A stretch of 64,000 nucleotides of DNA from Eledone cirrhosa (taxonomy: Eukaryota): contig OZ024749.1 in the NCBI GenBank assembly GCA_964016885.1, forward strand, positions 29,760,001-29,824,000, written 5' to 3'. Of the stretch, positions 26,132 through 37,066 are shown piece by piece (positions within the stretch are counted from its first letter, which is position 1; each line of letters begins with the position of its first letter). The position numbers and the translations under genes were made by a program. The notes under the pieces are model-generated. The model made no database searches, was not told the DNA's origin, and saw only the letters and a program-made list of their open reading frames with translations.

Positions 26132-28658
26132 ATGGAAAGGCATCATATAGGTATGTCACTTAAAAACATACCTATACCTAACAAAAGGGAATATATTCTT
26201 AGTATGATTCAACGCAGTAACGACTTCATTCGGCGTGTACGATGGAAAGCTTTCCACTTCGATAAAGGACGCGCCAATCACTCGTCTGAATCATATGGTT
26301 TTAGATCATGTAAAAACCCACCTACAAACCCTCACCTCGAAGCTTTCGAACAGGATTTATTGAAAACGACCATGAACATTAAGTTCAACAAACATAGAAA
26401 TAATGAGCTGCAGAACAACATGAAAGCACTACTCCGAAGATTGCAAAATACCAATGGAATTGTTGTGAAAGCTGACAAGACTTCTAACGTGTATACCATG
26501 GATATCGATACGTACAATAACTTCATACGCAACGAACTACACAAAAAATATAGAAAAACAAATGAAACTACGCTAGCAAATATTAACAACGAGGCGTATA
26601 AAGTGGTGAAGAATCTCAAGATAGACGATAGAACCGAGCCGATTATACCCGCTACCCCCACCTTCAACCTGAAGGACCATAAGGTAAATTTTGACTCTAA
26701 CCCTAAGATCAGACTTATATGCCCTTCTAAATCAGACATAGGGAAAATTAGCAAACATATACTTGACAGAGTAATAACTCAAGTGAAAAGAAAATTGAAA
26801 TTAAATTATGGGGCAACACTAGCGAAGCAATTCGCTGGTTTAATAATGTTAAGAATAAGAATAAATCTAAGTTTATACAATTTGACATAGACGAATACTA
26901 CTCTTCCATCTCACCAAGCACTTTACGTAAGGCCCTATCGTTTGCTAATGCCAATTCCGACCTAACGGAGGACGAAATTAATATTATTCTCGAGGCTAGA
27001 AAAACCATTATTAAGTTCGATAACTGCTACTGAGAACGTAAGGACAGACCCACAAATTTCGATATTACCATGGGTTCCAACGACTCGGCAGAGGTCACGG
27101 ATCTCGTGGGAATTTACATAGCCCACATATTACATAGTAAATTTAGTAATCTACAGGGGGGGATATACAGAGATGACGGGCTCTTATTAGTTAATAACTT
27201 GAATAACCAAAATCTTGAAAGGGTACGGAAAAATATTAGAAAATCTTTTAGTGAACTGGGTCTAAAAATAACATACGAATACAATCTTAAAGTAGTAAAC
27301 TTTCTGGACGTAACTCTTAATTTAAATACCGGACAGATACGACCCTTCCACAAGGTAAATGAGAACCTTACGTATATTAACTTTAACTCTAACCACCCAC
27401 TCTCCATGATCAAATCAGTTCCCCGGAGTATTTCTCTTAGAATCTCTCGCCTATCGTCTAACTCTGATAATTTAGTGAACATGCTGAATACTACAATAAT
27501 TGTTTCTACTTTTGGCACAAGGCCAGCAATTATCCCAGTGCATTACTGGTACTTTATTTTATCGACCCCGTAAGGATGAAAGGCAAAGTTAACCTCGGCG
27601 GGATTTGAACTCAGATCATAAAGGGAGGTAACTCTATGCTTCAAAGCATGGCGTCCGACCCTTACCGATACTGCCAATCCACCGCTGAATACTACAATAA
27701 TGCATTAAGGAATGCTGACCACCGGGATACAATAGAATACATCGATAGGAATTTCCACAACACACATAGCTCTACACGTAATCAAGGTATACGTAACCGG
27801 GGGACTAAAACACAAGCACACACACACAGTACTACCAGACATACTAATAATAGAAGATCACCACCAAATAAATCACGTTGTAGAAAGTATATCTGGTACA
27901 ATCCTATTTTTAATGCCTCGATTAGTACAAAACTATCTCTTTCATTCTTTAAATTAATCAATAAACACTTCCCTAGTTCCCATAAGTACAGCAACATTCT
28001 GAACTCTAAAACTATTAGACTATCATACTCCACGGCACCAAACCTTGAAGCATACATAAAAAAACTTAACTTAAGGCAATTAAACAACTCTACAAAACAA
28101 AACATTTTAGTAACAGATGGGCAGAACGCAATATCTGCCTCCCAACCACTAAATGGGAGACGGGTATTGCACAACCCACCTGTACCGCTATCACAACCTA
28201 TCCATGGTATACCCGCTACCCACAACAAAGAATGTAACTGCCATCTACCTGAAAGATGTCCATTGCAGAATGAATGCCTAAAGTCCAACATTGTTTACCA
28301 ATGCACGGTTGAATCGAACGACCAGAAATGGTATTATATCGGATCTACCACCACATCGTTTAAATCTCGCTGGTACCGTCATCGATTCTCAATCAAACAT
28401 CCGAATCACCGTTTTGTGACCACGCTCGCCAACAAGACCTGGCAACTCCGTGAACACAACCAACAGTTCACCTTAAAATGGGATATACTTTCCAGCGCAA
28501 GTGCATATCGGAGTGGATTGAAGTACTGCAGGTTATGTAACCTTGAGCTATTTTACATATTAAAATCCAAAAACAAACTACTTAACGATAGAATTGAACG
28601 ATCATTATACTGCAACCACAAACTAAAAGCTAAATTCTCTCACTATAAAATAACTTAA
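26132..28658 (+). pseudogene. Disrupted PLE RT/GIY-YIG ORF
   Basis: Homologous to PLE-1 (SLKNIPIP, DKTSN, RLICPSKSDIG, GIYRDD, CNC..CPLQNECL, YYIG, CRLC). Frameshift near 26805, TGA at 27031, SINE insertion at ~27495-27684. Confidence 0.9.
27495..27684 (-). mobile_element. Full-length SINE inserted in the PLE-2 ORF with an 18-bp TSD
   Basis: GCTGAATACTACAATAAT at 27483-27500 and 27684-27701. Confidence 0.9.
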
Positions 28659-29150
28659 CATTCGAACCCGTAACTATAACACCACTTTCTAGCTAACAAC
28701 CTTCTCTTCCCCCCACACTACAAGACAATACACTGCTTATCACTATACATGGTAACTCAGTACAATTCCTAGATTACTACTACAAAACCAAAAGTTCACT
28801 CACCACACATACTTTATCTGTCCCCTCTCTACCTATATCTCTCTCTACATCCATTACACTCTCTCTCTCTCACCTTTGACCTACCTCCCTCTCAACATCT
28901 ATGAACCTGCCCTCTGGGGCAATAAATAATTCCGACCTTAACTATCAACGCATCTCTCCAAAAGTAACCAGTATAATAAAACCCCTACCATAACATTTTG
29001 ATTAAGATATCTACAAGCCACTCTCTCCTACTTCTCCAACCCCTGCATATCTTTCCTTCTCTCTCCCTCTTCCCTACTTTTCTCTCTTCCTGTTCCACTC
29101 TATCTTCCCCAACAACCCCACTTAAGGGTTTTTACATTGTACATTTACCA

Positions 29151-29272
29151 TTCTGCTCTGAGGAAACAGTGGTCACAGCATTGGATATTCGAGTTCTGCA
29201 AGTACTTGTGAATTTGCACGTAGCGGAACTAGGCTGCAGTACCACCGTGGAAACACTTGTAAGCACACGGAA
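29151..29272 (+). ncRNA. Hammerhead motif of PLE-2
   Basis: TGCT-CTGAGGA-A-ACAGTGGT..(AGTTCTGC/GCGGAACT)..ACCACCGT-G-GAAA-CACTT-GTA-AGCA; predicted cleavage after 29261; AATAAA follows. Confidence 0.72.
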
Positions 29273-29316
29273 TAAATTACCTTTTTATGATGTCTACCTG
29301 TTATTATTCATTCTTT

Positions 29317-29347
<31 letters not shown>

Positions 29348-29363
29348 AACTTTACCAGTGTGT

Positions 29364-29459
<96 letters not shown>

Positions 29460-29492
29460 GGAGAGAGAGGGGGATAGGGAGAAAGAGAGAGA

Positions 29493-29539
<47 letters not shown>

Positions 29540-29585
29540 AAGGAATTAAAAATCTAAATACTTGTAAACGAAACTTTATATATAC

Positions 29586-29665
<80 letters not shown>

Positions 29666-30834
29666 GTGTGTGTGTATAAATATGTCCACACATGTATGGT
29701 GGCTGCCAACTTGTTTTCGAGTACGGCCACTACTTTATATCTATGTAGGAGAACCCCTACCGATGCGCTGAACAAGTGTGACTTTTTAGTCCAGCCAGCG
29801 ACTTGAAAACTCTGGTACAAACACTACACTTCTGACAATTATTGACACACAGTGCTGGGCCCATAGTACCATGTGACGACAAGTGCAGAGAGATCTCCAG
29901 ATATAAAGCAATGCCTGTGCCGTGAAGCTTTTATAGTGAGCAAAGGCACTGCACAAAGCTAGTTCCACTCTCTTAACCAGGATGATATTTACCAAAAAGA
30001 AGAACAAGTCAACATCATTGGATACCATCAGGGTTGCAGGTGTTATATCAGAGTTTTCCTTCTCCTAGAATTCTGCATATTTAGCAAAGATCATTGCGTA
30101 ACATTTTAAGATGCACCCGAGTTTCAACCTATTCCGATTCACTTTGAAAAAAAAAAAAAAATTTAATGCACTCTGTTGAATTATTTAGCTTAAAACGAGT
30201 TAACATTTGTACATATATACATACATCTAGTATATAGAAGTTCTGAGCTAATGTTACATATTTAAATATTAAATGAACCAATATATTTTCATCATATCGT
30301 TTACTTTAGTTATGCTTTTCCATTTATGGCCAAATCTAAACTCTTCTTTTATAATATTTTGATTTAAACCTCCTGGGAAATTAGCTACATATGAATTGAA
30401 GGGTAAACACAAAAATATTCTAACCGTAGATTATTTGCTTTGTAACATGTCAGTTTTGTAAACCACAAATGATATAAAGACGAACACGCACAGGGCGACA
30501 TAAATTCGTATCGACCAACAATAATACATCTATATGTATACAATTACTTATAGCAATAGTATGTAGGCATTTTTCCTTCTTTTTTCTCTTTTGACAGCTT
30601 TATCTTTTGATTGATCATTAAAGCAACAAACACGTGTTTAGTTTCATTGATCGTTAAATCAGAAATATCTGCCTGGGGAAAGGAATAAGCTATTTATAAT
30701 ATTCAAATCTATTGATAGTACAATTTAAGATATATGTATGATTTCGTAACTATTTTTTGCTATTCTAGTGTGATTAATTTTATATTGAATATATTTACCA
30801 ACATCTAGTAGATGCTTCATCAGTATATATTAAG

Positions 30835-31024
30835 ATAATTGTTTCTACTTTAGGCACAAGCCCAGCAATAACCCAATACATTACTGGTACTTTTATTTTA
30901 TCGACCCCGTAAGGATGAAAGGCAAAGTTAACCTCGGCGGGATTTGAACTCAAACCATTAAGGGGCGTAACTCTTTGCTGCAAAGCATAGCGTCAGACCC
31001 TCTACCGATACTGCCAATCCACCG
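30835..31024 (-). mobile_element. Full-length SINE with TSD ATTAAGATAAT
   Basis: Antisense consensus match; the direct repeat flanks both ends. Confidence 0.85.
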
Positions 31025-31289
31025 ATTAAGATAATCCATCCTCGTAGTTGTAGTAGTGGAATGTCGATCTGATGAAGTAGATTCTGTGTTTCAGAATACG
31101 ATTAGTTATGGTTACAGTATCGCTATGGTGAGTGTTTCGGAATATGGATATGTCTGGATAGTTTCACATAGCTCTTCAGTTCTTAGTCGCGTTTTCTATC
31201 GCTACGAGAGAGCTAACGAGAGAACATCTATGTATATACGTGTGTGGGTATATACTCTCGGAATATGGATCTCTGTAGCTATAGTGTCA

Positions 31290-31836
31290 CTATAGCGCCG
31301 CTACAGTACAACTACAGTGCCGCCACTAAAGTGCCACTAAAGTGCCGCTACAGTGCCACTACAGTTCCACTAAAGTGTCACTAGAGTGCCGTCACTGTGC
31401 TACTAAAATGCAGCTACAGTGTCGTCACTGTGCCACTACATTTCCACAACAGTTCCACTACAGTGCCGCTACGGTACCGCTACAGTGCCGCTACAGTGCC
31501 ACTACAGTGCCACCAAAGTGTCACTACAGTGCCGTCACTGTGCCACTACATTTCCACAACAGTTCCACTACAGTGCCGCTACGGTACCGCTACAGTACCG
31601 CTACAGTGCCGCTACAGTGCCACCAAAGTGTCACTACAGTGCCGTCACTGTGCCACTACATTTCCACAACAGTTCCACTACAGTGCCGCTACGGTACCGC
31701 TACAGTGCCACTACAGTGCCACCAAAGTGTCACTACAGTGCCGTCACTGTGCCACTACATTTCCACAACAGTTCCACTACAGTTCCGCTACGGTACCGCT
31801 ACAGTGCCGCTACAGTGCCACTACAGTGCCACTACA
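31290..31836. repeat. Minisatellite of 11-bp subunits (CAGTGCCACTA/CAGTGCCGCTA) with ~110-120 bp higher-order period
   Basis: Direct inspection. Confidence 0.85.
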
Positions 31837-31932
31837 GAGATTGAATGACTATGTCATTGCTTCCAATCTATAAATAAAGCTATATTTTCTTATTACAGGA
31901 ATGGTTAGGTCTTCAGTCAAGTCTGTTTTAAA

Positions 31933-32117
31933 TAATTGTTTCTACTTTTTTGGCACAAGGCCAGCAATTACCCAGTACATTACTGGTATTTTATTTTATC
32001 GACTCCGTATGGATGAAAGGCAAAGTCAACCTCGGCGGAATTTGAACTCAGATCGTAAAGGGACGTAACTATGCTGGAAAGCATGGCGTCCGACCCTCTA
32101 CTGATACTGCCAATCCA
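31933..32117 (-). mobile_element. tRNA-derived SINE
   Basis: Antisense consensus match. Confidence 0.8.
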
Positions 32118-32159
32118 CAATACAACAAAACTACAATAGAAAAATCAGACACACATATA

Positions 32160-32324
32160 TATAAGTATAATGATGATGTGCTCAAGGGCAAGGGTTAAGA
32201 TGCTATAAAAGTAGCTTATAAAATAGGGTGAAGACCCCTTAAATGATAGAAAAAGAAAATGCCATAGACAGCTATCTTACAACCTATTTTATATAGCTTC
32301 TCTGCACTTCAGCACATCTTTATA

Positions 32325-32329
<5 letters not shown>
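32160..32329. mobile_element. MITE-like element with imperfect TIRs in (TA)n
   Basis: TATAAGTATAATGATGATGTGCT ... AGCACATCTTTATACTTATA, with inner AGCTTATAAAATAGG/CCTATTTTATATAGCT. Confidence 0.5.
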
Positions 32330-32366
<37 letters not shown>

Positions 32367-32739
32367 CATCTGTACTTATATATATATATATATATATATA
32401 AAGAATCATCTGTACTCTACCAACATGCTAACATAGAACATAAGGGCAAAGTAGAGAACAGAAATAAAAATAGAATCTACACACAGAAAAGACGCAATGT
32501 TTAGACAAATCACAGAGGCAATAAACATAAAAGAATTACAACCCAAATTAAATAGAAAACATGAGTGGAACAGCAACATCACAATTTACAATTAAGGACA
32601 AAATGAAAACACACACACACACATAGAACAAACAACCAACCTGTAACATGTAAATAAACAAATAAATAAACGAATATAAACACACACAGACACCCGGATG
32701 TGGCGCATGCGCAAACTGAGCACACAACACACACACACA

Positions 32740-33051
32740 GAAACAAGATGGCGTAGGACAGAACAAAGGAGAGGCACAAAAATAAAGAAAAGACTCCCCA
32801 GTCACTGAAGAGGTCACAGAATGTGTGACGAAAGAACTTTGACAATATATAAACAACCATCTGGTTGTGGAACCAACCAACCAACCGGAAATTTATAAAT
32901 TCCTAAATTTATAAATTTATTATAATAAACTGAAGTAAAAGCAACTGGTGCGTGTGTTTCTTATTGGCAACATGACCCTCCCAAAGTATAACAATATCGG
33001 TTTCAACACACGTTTTCAGATAAAGAATCTTGCTAAACAAATTCAGAAACG

Positions 33052-33055
<4 letters not shown>
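32740..33055 (+). mobile_element. pLTR remnant with minimal hammerhead (32801-32843); inverted sibling at ~49345-49660
   Basis: GTCA-CTGAAGA-G-GTCACA/TGTGAC-GAAA-GAAC-TT-TGAC; ~300 bp shared with 49345-49660; ends in (TA)n. Confidence 0.7.
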
Positions 33056-33084
<29 letters not shown>

Positions 33085-33086
<2 letters not shown>

Positions 33087-33247
33087 GGAAAAATTTGAAC
33101 AGGGACAAAACAGAGAGGCAGTACAATAAATGTTTATTAATTTCACGCTCAGGAGAGTGGGGGGTAGGTGGGGGACGACGTTTCGGGCATAAGCCCTTCT
33201 TCAGGTGAGAAGTGTGTGGGGACAGAGTTCAAAAGGTGTGTAGGGGA

Positions 33248-33248
<1 letters not shown>
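33085..33248 (-). mobile_element. Short pLTR remnant with minimal hammerhead-like core, between (TA)n tracts
   Basis: Minus strand CTGAAGA-AGGGC-TTAT-GCCC-GAAACGTC, then AATAAA; stem I is weak. Confidence 0.55.
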
Positions 33249-33300
<52 letters not shown>

Positions 33301-33723
33301 TGTGTGTGTATGTGTGTATGTGTGTGTGCGCGTGTGTGTGTATATATATATATACATATATATATATACATACACACACACTGATATATATATATATATA
33401 TATACGTTTGAGTGTGTATATATTCTTATTCTCAACGCTTAAACGCCGAAAATAGAGCTTCGTCTATTATTTTTCAAGGTGTTTTAAAGAAGGAAACTAT
33501 ATTTTCATTTAATACATATTCATTTTTAAATATTCATATTTAGTATATATTAAATTCAAACTATGTGTGCATCAAATAATACCACCTTCTAAATTATTCT
33601 AGACGCAATAAAAACAGGTGGGTTTAGTTTCACTCTGGTCTCCATTCCTTATGTGCGTTTTCTATCGTCATGTGTGATCCAATGAGAGAATCTCTATGTG
33701 GTGACTCCACCTACTAGAAGTCG

Positions 33724-33789
<66 letters not shown>

Positions 33790-34228
33790 AATTTAATAAA
33801 AAATATGATCAACACTAATGTGTTTTTTTTGCAAATTGACAATAATTTTTTAGCCAGATAGAAATACCTTAATTCAAGTACATATAGGCCGCCTGTATCG
33901 ATCTAGAAAATATTAAATATTAAATCTATACTTACAGACGTAAAATGGCAACTGCCTGGTGCCTAGACAAGTTTAAATTTCAAAATTCAAACCTTTTCAG
34001 CAGATCGGTCGGAACTTCAAAACATAAACCTGTTTCACAAGGGATGGTATACTAATGAAATAATTAATTAATTACGGAATAACTATTTATAAAATAATTA
34101 TTAATAATTATTAGTGAAGTAATCAATTTTCTGTGATTTTCAATAGGCACCCAGATAAATTATAGTTACTTCTCCTAAGATAAGAATCTTAAGACTGATC
34201 TGTCGCAAGCCTACCTAATACATGTGCG

Positions 34229-34286
<58 letters not shown>

Positions 34287-34392
34287 CGTAATATATATAT
34301 TACGCTTTGGCTTCTAACTAACTCACCAATCTTTCCTCTCGTATCTCCTCTACTATCTCAATCTCTCTCTTTAAGATTGGTTACTCTTGAAC

Positions 34393-34453
<61 letters not shown>

Positions 34454-34529
34454 TGTTATTACCATAACAGAAGTCCGACGAGTCTTTTAATTCCAGATCG
34501 ATACAGAGCGAAACGTGCGTCACTTCTCC

Positions 34530-34720
34530 ATAAACGTAATGAAGACCTAAAAAATCGTCCTTTTTTATTATTCGCCGAGTTTAACTTTGCCTTTAATCCT
34601 TACTGGGGTCGATAAAATAAAGCACCAGTAATACATTGGCGTCAATTTAATCGACTACCCCCCCCCCCCCCCCAAAAAAAAAAATTGCTGGCCTAGTGCC
34701 TATAGTGGAAAATATTATTA
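34530..34720 (+). repeat. ~190-bp unit (CATAAACGTAATGAAGACC.. plus truncated SINE) preceding Tx1 array 1; second copy at 51878-52056
   Basis: The two copies align end to end with a few substitutions and indels. Confidence 0.8.
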
Positions 34721-34732
34721 TCTATCTATCTA

Positions 34733-37054
34733 TCGATGGTCTTCCTTACGAATTATATCTAGCTATGCCGGACTTGTTCCCCGATCTCCTCGAGGCGGTC
34801 TACTGCAACTGGCAACAGAACGGGAGAATTCCCTGTACTGTGACCAAGGGCGTAGTCACGCTAGTGAGGAAGGACGAGAACAAGGGGGACGAAATAAGTA
34901 ACTTCAGGCCCATAACACTGCTAAATACAGAGTTACAGATTTTGGCCAAGGTGCTAGCAAAGAGGTTGGCGCTTGTCGTGGGCAACCTGGTGGGAGATGC
35001 GCAGACATGCGCTATCCCGTCCAGGTCCATCCATGACAACCTCCACCTCATGCGATACATCATAGAGAGGGTTGGGAACGAACCCGGCTTTGGTGGGGCT
35101 CTGATCAACTTGGATCAATCTAAGGCGTTCGATAGGGTCGACCATGGTTACCTGGATGCGGTGCTAGCGGCGGCAGGCTTCGGACCCGTTTTCAGGGGCT
35201 GGATCACTGCTATGCACAGCAGCCGCATCTGCTCTAGGGTCAAGGTGAACGGCTACCTCTCGGAGCCGTTCAAAATCGCGCGGTCCATCCGACAAGGGTG
35301 CCCTCTCTCCTCCCTTCTGTATGTGTTGACTCTCGAGCCACTACTGCGGAAGTTGGAGTTGTTGCAGGGCATCCCTTTGGAACCGGGATTGCGGAAAGCG
35401 GTGTCGGCCTACGCCGATGACGTGACAGTAATGGTGTCGACGGCCTCCGAAATCGAGGCGGTCGGCACCTTACTGGAGGAGTACGAAAAGTTCACAGGGG
35501 CTAAGCTGAACCGGGACAAGTCGATCGGTTTGCAACTCGGCACGTGGAGGGGCAGACCGATGCCCTCCGATAGCGTCGTCGGACGCTGGAGGGAGGGCCC
35601 GGTGAAGTTGCTCGGGGTCTGGTTCGGACCGGACCTCCAGGTGGAGAAAAACTGGGCGGAGGTTACGAACAGGGTGTTTGCACTGACCCAGAAGTGGGCC
35701 AGTTGCAAACTATCCCTGAAAGGTCGGGCGGAGGTGGCGAACACCTACATAGCGTCCGTCATCTACTACCGCCTGACCGTAGTGCCCTGCCCAAGGGAAA
35801 CCCTCACCAAGATGGAGCGCGCGCTCTTCCAATTCCTTTGGAAGAGGCGGGCTCCTATGGTGAGGAGATCCATCTGCTGTCAACACCCTTCGAAAGGAGG
35901 GCTGGGGATGCCGTGGCTAATGATGCGTAAACACGCATTAAGGCTACGGCACCTCTACGTATTCCTCACCGGACAACCGGTGTGGGCCTCGTTTGTGAGA
36001 CGAACCTTTCCCAGACTCGTCTCACTCACCGAGCTGCAATCCTGGGTCAAGCAAAGACCGAGAAAACTGGGCGCCTGACACACTGAGTGTGCCCAGGCGC
36101 TCACCGCCCTCTGGCAGGCGGATCCGGTTATCAGTGGAGACTCCACCGCAACATTCTATAGAGGGCTGGTACGCAGCAGGTGCGACGACGCCCTCGGAGA
36201 AGCCCTAGACATGGAGGAGGACGAACTGGCCAGCCTGTTCGGTAGGACATTCAGCCCGGGACCTATGGACAACTTCCAGAAGTCCCTGGCCTGGCAGTGC
36301 TACCGAGGGGCTTTACCCGTTCGAGAAAGGCTCTACAGACACGGGCGCCCGGGTAGGGACCCCGCCAAAAAGATCTGTCCCAGATGCGTGTGCGACGAGG
36401 AAACCGTTGCACACGCATTAGTACACTGCTCGGGCGTAGCCGATCTGTGGGGCTATGTCGAACAACTTCTGTCAAGGGTGGGACCGATCCGGTTGACCAC
36501 CGAGTCTATTGTAATGATCAAGCCGCCTCCCCCCTTCAAAGATGAAGCAGAGGCGGTGTTTCTGTGCGTAATAGCCATGGCGAAAGAGGTTGTATGGTGG
36601 ACGCGTCTGAAAGGACTGAGGTCGGGCACCTTTCTCTCTGGCCAACAACTGGTCCGTTTCTTCCGATATCATTTCGGAAGAAGGATCAGGATGGAGAGAG
36701 AGGTGCTGCACCCCAGCCGTTTCTATGAAAGATGGGTGAAAGTGGCGAGAATGGCCCGTGTGAATGGGCCTTCACTCTACATCAGACTATAGGTGAGGAA
36801 GATGAAAGACCAAGGGAGCACCCCTTCTCTGTGCTCCTGAGGAGAAGGGTTGCACACTTTTTTCGGGGGTGTGTGCGACCCCCCAAGGCACCTCCTCTCT
36901 ATTGAGGATTTTGTTAAAATTTTTATTTTTTGTTATATCTTATTTTATTTTTATATTTTGTTATTGCCTTCTCCTTATTGAGGACGCCTTTTTGTGTAAA
37001 CTCCCCCCTTTGTACTTGTCCCACTTTTGATGCCCTAGTGGCAAATAAAAGAAA
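34733..37054 (+). mobile_element. 5'-truncated Tx1/L1-clade LINE, subfamily B; ORF2 broken by TGG>TGA at 36076
   Basis: RT motifs DQSKAFD, QGCPLS, YADD; near-identical to 53606-55925; flanked by (TATC)n. Confidence 0.9.
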
Positions 37055-37066
37055 TATATCTATCTT

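Larger units (their letters stand above)
25751..29320 (+). mobile_element. Second Naiad-type PLE (PLE-2) in (TA)n, with short 5' pLTR and inverted 5' segment
   Basis: 25870-25942 directly repeats 29249-29321. 25751-25869 is an inverted copy of 25961-26082. Both ends abut (TA)n. Confidence 0.88.

Noticed and set aside
27031-27033. In-frame TGA in PLE-2 as selenocysteine (some Naiad PLEs encode selenoproteins)
   Set aside because: It aligns with Trp in PLE-1 (TGG>TGA), the ORF has other lesions, and I found no convincing SECIS. The ATGA in some stem II arms lacks the opposing GA.
33868-33962. Two short minus-strand exon-like segments (27 and 35 nt) separated by GTAAGT...TTTTCTAG
   Set aside because: The intron would be only 33 nt, the upstream acceptor is weak, and the peptide is unrecognisable. 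Needs RNA-seq.
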